From a virus (Duplodnaviria > Caudoviricetes), in IMG/VR virus record IMGVR_UViG_3300047272_000419, positions 1-27,886 of that record: a stretch of DNA of 27,886 nucleotides; one strand, given 5' to 3'. The notes beneath the pieces are model-generated. The model ran no database searches. It saw only the letters and a list, made by a program, of their open reading frames with translations, and was not told the DNA's origin. The position numbers and the translations under genes were made by a program. Below, one piece after another: positions 1-9,800 of the stretch (the first letter of the stretch is position 1; each line of letters begins with the position of its first letter).

Positions 1-831
1 GTTTCTGACTTGTTTGGCGGTGTTCGCACTGACATCGGAACCCAGCTGGTAACGCAACCCGGAGGCGACGTCCGTAGGGGTGGCGTCCTGCTGAACGTAC
101 CGGCCGCGCTAGAAGCTGACGCCGCATTCACCCCCGAGGAAGCCGAAAGGATCCGCAAGGAGAAAATCGCCGCAGAGCTAGCCAAGGCAGAGTCTACTGC
201 CAACATTACCGCAGGTGGTGCCGCCGCTCGTGCGAAAGCAAACAGAGAAGCCAAGGCCAAAGCCGACGCGGCCGAAGCCGCCGGCGGAGACAAGTACGAC
301 CGATACGTCTTTACGCCAGAGCAGGTCAATGGACCGGTTCGCCAGGCAATCGTAGATCTTTACAGCCAAGGTACGGAAAAGGGCGGAGACTACGTCAAGG
401 TTGACGAGGGAGTGATCAAGAAGATCATCGACACCCAGCAAACCCTTATTGCGACCGGCCTATCCACCAGGTCTTCGTCACTCACTGACGCGCTTGCGGC
501 CCTTGGTTACGTCAACAGTGAGGACAAGAAGAACCGATACGACACCCAGGTAGCAGTGACCGACCGCCCCGGCGCTGGCACCGGCGACGATGTCGTCCGA
601 ACTCTTACCCCGAAGAAAGGGGCTGACATTGATCCCAGCGTGTTGATCCCTGGAGACCCGGCACTGGAAACCCGCGGAGGACTTATTGAGATCCCGCTCG
701 AAAGCGCGCGAGACATGCTTCCGCAGATCCGCGACCAGGCCGAGCTTGGAACCATGTTCAAGCTGGGCAACCGTATCTACGAAAAGGTTCAGATGCAGGA
801 CGGCTCGTTCGCCCTCAAGGCAGTTCGATAA
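1..831 (+). CDS. Hypothetical phage protein, 5'-truncated; probable internal virion/ejection protein
   Basis: Frame is open from base 1 to TAA at 829-831. Ala/Lys-rich helical stretch (KAELAKAESTANITAGGAAARAKANREAKAKADAAEAAG). Lies directly upstream of the giant protein, as in podovirus internal-protein gene clusters (positional inference). Confidence 0.6.
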   Translation, partial: VSDLFGGVRTDIGTQLVTQPGGDVRRGGVLLNVPAALEADAAFTPEEAERIRKEKIAAELAKAESTANITAGGAAARAKANREAKAKADAAEAAGGDKYDRYVFTPEQVNGPVRQAIVDLYSQGTEKGGDYVKVDEGVIKKIIDTQQTLIATGLSTRSSSLTDALAALGYVNSEDKKNRYDTQVAVTDRPGAGTGDDVVRTLTPKKGADIDPSVLIPGDPALETRGGLIEIPLESARDMLPQIRDQAELGTMFKLGNRIYEKVQMQDGSFALKAVR

Positions 832-890
832 GCCCAGGAAGGATGCGCCGGATTGCTGGACTTCCAGCTTGCCGGCGTTAATCCTATTGC

Positions 891-3800
891 ATGGCCGACA
901 AAGAGCTTCCCGACATCATCCCTCTCGGTACCGCGAGCCCGGTAGCAGACGAGTTTGAGACCATCTTCGACAACGACTCCGGCGCAACGGTCACCCGTCG
1001 CCGAGCTTCCCGATCTGGTGGCGCCGCCGAGAACACGACTCAGATCGTCGGCAAGCTTGACGCCATCGGACAGGGCGTAGCGCGCGATTGGTACGGCGAG
1101 ACTAAGGCAGACCTGGCCGGCGAGTTCGCCAAGACCTTCTTTACGAAGCAGGAGTTCGACAAGCTCGCACCGCTTTCCGCCGAAGAAGAGTTCGAGCTGG
1201 CCTCGCTTAAGAAGACTCCTCAGCGGGTCTCTTATCCGTCCGGGCCGTACATGCCGCCGCACACCCAGTCGACGCTATCCTTCCAGCGCCAGGTCGAGCT
1301 CGAGCGACGAAAGAACGCTCCCGCCTTTTCTGCACAGATGCAGAAGGAATTGCTCCGCATTGCTTCCGAGCTGAAGCTCGTCAACGAGGCCCTTGCAAGA
1401 AACCAGGGCGTGACCGAAGGTGCGGCCCAGTTCAATAACGCCAAAGACTGGTGGGAGAAAACGAAGATTGCTCTCTCCAACCCTCTTGACGTTGCCGCGA
1501 CCAAGGGATCCGAAAGCGCTTACACTGGCGCAAAGATTTCCGGCGCCGCCGCTGGCACCGCACTGGCCGCCGGCCTGAGCGGTGGTGGCACTCTTGCCGC
1601 TCAAGCCGCCGCCCTGGCTACCGCTGGTGCCATGACCGCGAACGAAGGTTACGATCAGACCCTTCTCGAGGAACTGGTCAAGATGGACCCTCTTATCGCA
1701 GACGACCCAGAAGGCTTTCTGGCGGCGTACAAGGCGAACCCGAAGGACTATCGCAAGGCGTACGAAGACGCCAGGACCAAGGCCGCGATCAGCGGTGTCG
1801 CTGAAGGTGGAGCAGAAGCCCTGACTGCTGGTTTGTTCAAGTTTGTTCCGGGAGGAAAAACCCTGATTGGCAAGGCCGCAAACGAGCTCGGAGGAGAGCT
1901 GACCGAAGAGTTTTCATCCCTTCTTGCCGGCAAGGCGGCTCGCGGAGAAGGACTGCCTACCGCCGCCGAAGTCGTCGATACCTTTGTCAGCACGGCCGCA
2001 GGCACCGGAATGCAGACCGCCGTGACCTCAGCCGGCGGCAAGATCGCCGACAAGACCGGACTTTCTCAGGCCGCGAGTAACACGTTGACCAGGGTTGGTA
2101 GCGCCATCGAAAGGGCAATGATGCCCCAGATGAACGTCGACCAGGGCACGCTCACGCCCATGGCCCCGCGTCCGTTCAGCCTGATGCCTCAGGCCGGAGC
2201 TCCCCAGATGGCGGTGGATCTCAACACGCTGACCCCGATCGGAGCCCCGGCCCAACAGGCGCAAGATCAGGCGCCCGTAACGCCCCAGCTACGCGTCAAC
2301 ACCAGCTCTCTTACGCCGGTAGGCCAGGCCAGTCAGGCCGGATCCTTGCCGGATGTCATCCCCCTTTCCGGCCCCACCCAACAGCCGGCCCAGCCGGCGG
2401 CTCAGGCCGCGACCCAGGCGAGCACACTCCCTGACGTCATCCCTCTCCCCGGGCCCACGGCTCAGACCGCCCAGGCCCCGGCCCCCCAGACCGCCCAGGC
2501 GCCCGCCCAGACTGCGCAACAGCCGGCCCAGGGGCCGAGCTCCCTCTTTACTCCTCCGGCGCCCCAGGCTACGCAGGCCCAGGCCGGCACGAACCCGGCC
2601 GTCCAGCAGAGCCCCAACGCGGCGCCATCCGTTCAGCAGACCCAGACCACCCAGCCCCAGGTGACTCAAGGGCAACAGCAGGCCAGGACCAATCCCCTCG
2701 CGCCCGTCCAGACCCAGACCCAGCAGGCCGGCCAAACTCAACAGCAAGGCACCAACGTCCTTCCTTCCCCTGGCGGAGGCGATGGGCAGGGATTGCAGAC
2801 CCAGGGCGTACAGACCCAGGGCTCTCAGATCCCGTTCACACAGCAGGGTCAGCAGGCCGGTCGGACCCAACCCCAACAGGCCGGTGGCGTGGCTTCAGCG
2901 TTTAATCCACAGGGACAGCAGACCCAGGGACAGCAGACCCAGGGACGTCGCCAGATCCCTTTCGCCCCGGTCCGAGGCGTTACCCCTCTCAACGAGAACG
3001 AGCGCACGCAGGTCGCGGACATGAAGTTTGCCGGCGAGCAGATGCTCCGCGACTCCGATGCGATCAGCTTCCCGGACGCCGAGACCGAAGGTGTCGCCGC
3101 ATCCAAGCGAGACAAGAAAGGCGACAAGCCGGCCAAGGAAAGACTCGCCGGCGGCTTCGAGTCTGGCGCCGCGCTTTACATTACCGCACGACAGTTCGAG
3201 GGTGCCACGCGCGAGCAGGCCTGGAATGAGGTGCTCGAAAAGTTCAAGGACAACAAGACAGTCCTTAACCAGGCCATCAAGACCAAGGACGCGATCTTCA
3301 GGACGGCCGACTCTCTTGACGGGCTCCCGGTGTCGAAGGCCTTCGAGAAGGGATCCAAGCTGGCCAGCACCCGGTTCCCCACAGCGGTATCCGCGACGGA
3401 AGACGCTGGCGCTTACAACCTTCAATCTGACATCGCGACAGTCTACTCTAACCCGACCAAGATGCGCGACTTCGCCGCATCATTGAAGAAGATCGCCGGC
3501 TTCAAGTTTGATCCGTCCATGGACGATCGACAGATCATCGACGCGTTCATGAAGCACGTCGAAGGTAACCTGTTGCACATGTTCGACAGCGTCCCTCCGG
3601 AGATCCGCGGCAGGAGCAAGCTCTGGTATGTTGGCGCAAACCTTATCGCGAAACGCCTTTCCGAAGAACACGACATCTCTCACGAAGCCGCGGCCGGCGT
3701 TCTCGCCGTTCTTTCCCCTCAGATGGACTGGTACAAGAATGTCTCCCTGGCCGAGCGCGCCTTGGACATCATTCTCAACAAGTCCGGCCACGCCGTTGAC

Positions 3801-6800
3801 CAGAAGATGGTCGACGTTATGAAGAACCGCGAGGCGATCGCCAAGATCGCCCTCAAGTTCATCGAGACGTCCAGGGGTGTGAAGAAGGATGACCTTACCA
3901 AGTACCCGGAAGACGACGACAAGAGCCGCAAAGCTAACATCATCAGAAAGAAGGCGCGCGACGCCGTCGACGAGCTCGGTCTCGCCGGCCAGAAGATCGG
4001 CGACATCAAGGACAAGCGGCTCCAGGCTATCGCACTGCGTGCCTACGATGAAGCCTACAACGGACGTTCGTACGACGTCATCACCCCAGAAGGTGGAAAG
4101 GACGGCCCCTTCACCAGCCTTGACGGCGAAGACTCGGAAGTCGGCTGGGGTAGCTTCGGCACCATTGAAAAGTGCTTCGCGATCGTCGCCGACCAGAGCA
4201 TGGAGAACATCAGCCTCCAGCTGGGCGAAGAACACAAGGTCCGCAACTTCTACAATAACATCATCGATCCGGACGCCATGGACGGCCAGGTCACGATCGA
4301 CACCCATGCCGTCGCCGCGGCCCTTGTCGAGCCCCTGTCCGGAGAAGACCCAGAAGTGAAGGCAAACCTGGGCGGCGGCGGTGGCACGGCCATGACCGGA
4401 CTTTCCGGACTTTACCCGATCTACGCGCACGCCTATGGCCAAGCGGCCAAGGCTCGCGGCGTCCTGCCGCGCGAGATGCAGTCCATCACCTGGGAGGCAG
4501 TCCGAGGTCTCTTTACCGCAAAATACAAAAATGAAAAATCAAACATCGCCGCTATCAAGTCTATTTGGAGCTCCTACAAGAGCGGACAAATCGACCTTGC
4601 CGAGGCCCGATCCCGCATCGAGTCAACCGTCGTCGAGCACCGCGTCAACGCAATCGAGGGACTCGTCAAATCGAGAGAGATCGACCGAGCCGAAGCCGAT
4701 CGCCGGATCGCGCTTGTCCGCGAACATGGAGCGTACGGACGCCCGACCTGGCATCGATCCGACGGACAGGGCGCTAAAGGATCTCGGGCTGGAACGGACC
4801 AGGGAAAACTGGATCGAGCTCAACTGGGGGGAACTGGAACGCAATCTGACCAAGGAACAACTGGCCGAGGTTCCCAGGGATCTAACCCCAGGTCCGAACG
4901 CGACGACGCCAGCTGGAGCGAGCTCGAGCGCAAGGCCGCTGAGCTAGACCGCCGGCGCGCCGCGCGCGCCCAGGCGCAGGCTAGTAACACCGACCCGGCC
5001 ACGCGCCGGCGCGGCAACGAGCAGATCGTCCAGAAGATGGTCAACGAGCTCCGTAGGGGCGGAAGACTTTCCTTTGAGGAAGTGACAGCCGCCCTGCGGA
5101 TCATCGAGAACCTGATGGAGAAGGGATACCTCGACAACCTGTCAGTCTCGGTAAGCGACGCGAACAAGGGCGGACCGGCCCGAGGTGAATACGAACAGGC
5201 GACCGAGCTTGTTCGCTTGTTCGTCCGTAACACCAACCGCCCCGGCGTCCTGAGGTATACGTTCGCCCACGAGGTAGCGCACCACCTTGAGCGCATGATC
5301 CCGGCTAAGGATCTCGAGGCCGCGCGCCAGCAGTTCCTGCGCGATCGTGCCAAGTGGCTCAAGGACAAGGAAGGCCTCCGGGCTCTCCTTGGCGATGGCA
5401 ACTGGCTGGACAAGAAATACAGCGAGGCCGAGATCAAGCGCTTCCTGGCCAGCAACAATCTAAACCCCGCCCTCCTCAACAAGTACTTCATCCGCGACAC
5501 CAGCGATCCGAAGCGAATTATCTGGCGCATCAAGAACACCGACGAGACTTACCGGCTTACTAACTTCTCCGAGTACTTCGCCGACAAGGTCGCCGACATC
5601 GCGACCGCCCGGGACGACGCTCGCGTCAACAGCCAGAACCTACTGCCCGTCTTCGCCAAGCTCAAGGAGCTCCTGGCGCAGATCAAGAAGTCCCTCATGG
5701 ACATCTTCGGAAAGGACAAGGTCGAAGCTATCTGGGATAAGTTCCAGGAAGGTACCTACACCTCAGACTTCAAGCGCGAGAAGCTTGTTGGCTACGAGAA
5801 GACCGGAAACCAGAACCCGGTCATGGATGACCCTAGGACCGCCGATTACAAGAAGCCGCGCTTCGGACCGGCCGACGCTGATCGCCAGACCCGCGTCGAC
5901 AACATCGACAAGCTTGAGCCTAACAAGCCGATCCCGCGAACGCGATCCGCGCGCGACGACGGCGAGAACACCCCGATCCCAGGCGGCTACCGCGAAGCAT
6001 TCTTCAAGGCGAAGCAGGGCGCCGGCGCTCCTGAGCCTAAACAGATCAAGTGGTGGACCGACGTCGGTCATGACGTAGAGGCCGACAAGTCGAAGCAATT
6101 CCTGTGGGCTGTCGACCGTCAGGGTCAGCTACAGGTAACCTCCGTCCAGGAGCTCGAGGACAAGGGGATCGGAGTCAGCCAGTTCGAGGCAGACGACATG
6201 GATCTGTCTGGATACGAACGCATGCCTACCCACCTCGACTGGGAAGAGCAGGGTGGCCTGTCTGGCCTGCTGAGCGGTCCGGCACACGGACGTATCGACG
6301 CGACCGGTGACGTCGTAAGGATCTCCCTGCTCCAGAAAAACCAGTCTTCGCCGGCGATCAAGGCCGAGACCCGCGAGTACCTGAAGGGCAAGCTCGCCGA
6401 GTACATGGGCGAGTCCCAGGATGACATGGCCGGCTACGACTTCACCGACGCCGGCCCGTTCACCGGCCCGGAGGTCTTCAGTGCTCGAGACGAGGAAGGC
6501 GCCGATGTTCCTAAGCCATCCCGCCCTGGATCCTACAGGGCGTTCGACGAGATGGTCACCAGCCGCGAGATCGCGAAGCCGGAAGGCATGCCTTATCCGT
6601 ACCACCTGAAACGCTTCACGGTCCTCTCTCCTACCAGCAAGACCGCACGCGCGAACCTGGAAGGTTACCACCTTGTCCAGCAGGGTAGCGATCTTGGCCC
6701 CCCTGGCCGAGATGACCGCCGGGAGTTCCGGGCAGTCTCCAAGGATGTAGACCCGGTCAGCGGAAAGCCTACCACCTACCGGATCTTGTTCCAGTACGCT

Positions 6801-9800
6801 CAGAGCGGAAGCCGTGGATCGAAGGGTAGTGTCTTTGTCACAATTACAGACGACGTCTTCGACAACGTCCCTGACTCGGTCAAGATCGGCCTGATCTCAG
6901 AGCTCTTCGAGCGCACTCGTCAGGCCGGGCTCAAGGACATCACGATCGACAAGAAGTATGCCGGCGAAATGTCTCCGGAAGACGTCGGCCTGTGGGGCCA
7001 CGTCGCCAAGAACGAGCCTGAGATCAGCTTCCAGGGCGACCTTAACACCTACGACATCGACAAGAACACCGCCTACAGCGCCCGCGACGAGGAGCCGGCC
7101 CAGGCCCCCATGTCCGTTGAACAGCGCAAGGCCAGGATCGAAGAGATCAAGCGACAGATCATGCCGCTTGCCCAGAAGGGGGCTCTCAGCCGAGAAGATG
7201 GAGCTCTTTATTCCAAGCTTGGAATGGAGCTTGAGACTCACCGCTTCGAGATGCGTGCCGGCCGAGGCCTGAAGCTGGAGCTGGTCAAGCCTATGCAGGA
7301 ACGCGGAAGCGCCATCCCTTCCGAGATCGTGAAGATCGCATCCGACGAGCTCGCCTCGAACCGTGCGGCCTTTGAAGCCCTTACCGAGGCGTCTCTTGGT
7401 GTTGGCATGAACAAAGACACCGCGGTTGACGTGATCATGAACGGGAAGAACCCTGACGTATCTCCGGCTGACCTTTACTCTGCGTTTGACCGAACCCGCG
7501 AAGCTCTGCGCAAACAGTTCGGTGACACGATCGTGCTTTACCGAGCACACGGCAAGCAGAAGCAGAAGGCCACGCAGAACTGGCACTCTACCGAGGCCGG
7601 CGCCAGGGAGTATGGTAACGACATCGAGCGTCGCGTAGTCGCAGTTGATGACATCGTAGCCGTGAACGTCGGACTGAGGGGAGCTTACGAAGAGTTTGTC
7701 GTAGGAAAGAACCCCGCGTCCGCAGACATCACTGATGGCGCCGAGTTCACCACTCCGGGCGGCGAACTGACGAACCACGGAGACAAGGATCTGGCAAATG
7801 GTGGTTTCCTTACTAAGCAGGCCATGCGTATCCCGAAGGGCGAGCGATCCAGGTACAGCTTTGCTTTCGAGCAGGATAGCCGTAGTGGCGGTCATGTGGC
7901 TCAGATCAAGTACGACGGCAATGTTGTCGCCGAACTTGACATGAGCTCTGAGGTTTATGAAGAAGGCAAGGGCCTGATCAAACTGGACATGGTGGACGTG
8001 ACCCCCTCCTTCCAGGGTCGAGGTCTTTCGACAATCATGCAGGCCGAGGTGGCAGAGCTAGGAAAGCGCGCCGACACACCTGTCGACACGCTTGTGGCCA
8101 CCGTGCTTGACCCGAAAGTACGTCCCCTGAAAAGCATGCAAAGGATCCTTGGTAAGGACAACGTCGAGATCCTTGAGTCCACCACCGAAACAACGGACGA
8201 GACCGATCAGTTTGGATACGAAGGAAACGAAGACGACATCTCAGACATGTCTCTCGATCCTGACTTCTTTAAGGACGGAAATAGGCTCCGTAATCGAGTC
8301 GAGGTCCAGGGTAACGTACCGCAATACACCCCTGAACAGCGCCAGATGATCAAGGACATCAATGCCGCGAAAGCTTCAGGAGACATGGCAAAGGTGAAGA
8401 AGCTGAAGGCTCAGTTCGATAAAAGCGTTAAGGATAACGACACTCAGATCCTGAGTGCCCGAGACGAGGACGGCGACTACCGCGGATCCCACCGAGCCCC
8501 CGACGGTGCCAACGGCGAAGGATCCATGGACGCCATGGATCGCACCTACCCGGAGGACATTTACGGACCGAAGGGCGCTCAGTACTACGGCGCACGCCGT
8601 CCCGACGACGTCAAGATCCACAAGCTGATCCAGTCTGTCCGAGGAAATCCGGACGCCAAGGTCACCGTCTACCGCGCCGTCCCCAAGGGGGTCGGAGCCG
8701 AGATCACCCCAGGCAACTGGGTCACCCCTTCGCGCGAGTACGCCGCCGAACACGGCGAGCGCTTCGCGAACGGGTACGAAATCCTCGAGCGCCAGGTCCG
8801 AGCCGGCGATCTGTTCACCGAAGGCAACAGCCTCCAGGAGTTTGGCTGGAACCCGACCGGTGAGCCGATCCAGTCAGCACGCGACGAGGACGGCGAGAAC
8901 ACCGTCATCCCTGGTGGCAAGCGCGAGCAGTTCCTGAAGAAGAAGCCGGCCTACAAGCCGCCTTACTACACCGAGATCGGCCACGACCCTGCAAACGCTG
9001 AGAACAGCTACCTGTTCATGGTCGACGCCGATGGCGTCATGTACGTCAAGCGAGTATCTGATCTAAGAAAGCAGGTCGAGGACAACTTCCCGCTCGGCGA
9101 CCGTGGTGTTCACGAGGTTCCAGGCAAGACGTACGGCATGGACATCAACTTCTTGACCCACAATGACTGGGAGGATGTAGACGACCAGCTTGAGTATGGC
9201 ACCATCAGGCAGGGCACTCGTGACGCAATCGCCTTTGGCCGCATTGAGGTCAAGGACGGCAAGCCGTACATCGCTGTCGGTGGGCAGGGTGATAACGGTT
9301 CAGAAATTGCAATGAATGAGGGACGAAAGGAGTTTCGCGCCATCATCAAGGATGCGGCAAAAGCTGTCATCGACGCCGGTGAAATCACCGGTGTCACACA
9401 GAAGTCCACCGGCCTGGACTACTCCTTCGTCGACGGCGGTGACAACGGAGCACCCGCCGTATTCAGCGCCCGCGACGAAGACACCACGGACATCCCGTCC
9501 ACCGGGTCCGGCCGTAAGGCCGGCCTGGCCGCAGGTGCCCTTGCCCTGGCACCTACCACCCTGGAGGCCGCGACCGGTGCCGCTAAGACCGGCGCAATGA
9601 TCGCCGGCGTCGCCGCTGGTGATCTGATCGCGGTCGCCACCGGCATCGCCTTCACCTCGTCGGATCGTCTGCTCAAGGGGCTCAATCCGATCGCCGCCAA
9701 CATGCACCTCCTGGCCAACGACACTAAGTCGCCGACCATGAAGCGCATCGCGGAGATGTTCAACCGCCTCGGCGGCAATACGTCTGCCGGCGCCCAGGAA

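Larger units (their letters stand above)
4893..9479 (+). repeat. Seven dispersed S-[AE]-R-D-[DE] peptide motifs delimiting domains
   Basis: Ser codons at 4893 (RSERDD), 5946 (RSARDD), 6480 (FSARDE), 7077 (YSARDE), 8454 (LSARDE), 8874 (QSARDE), 9465 (FSARDE). Confidence 0.92.

Noticed and set aside
857-885. Promoter TGGACT...AATCCT upstream of the giant gene
   Set aside because: Both boxes are weak and the spacing does not match the other candidates.
703-5618. Additional SARD-like strings (ESARDM at 703 in ORF1, SKRDK at 3102, TARDD at 5604)
   Set aside because: Deviate from the consensus or appear to lie within domains. Not counted, though 3102 is near a linker/domain boundary.
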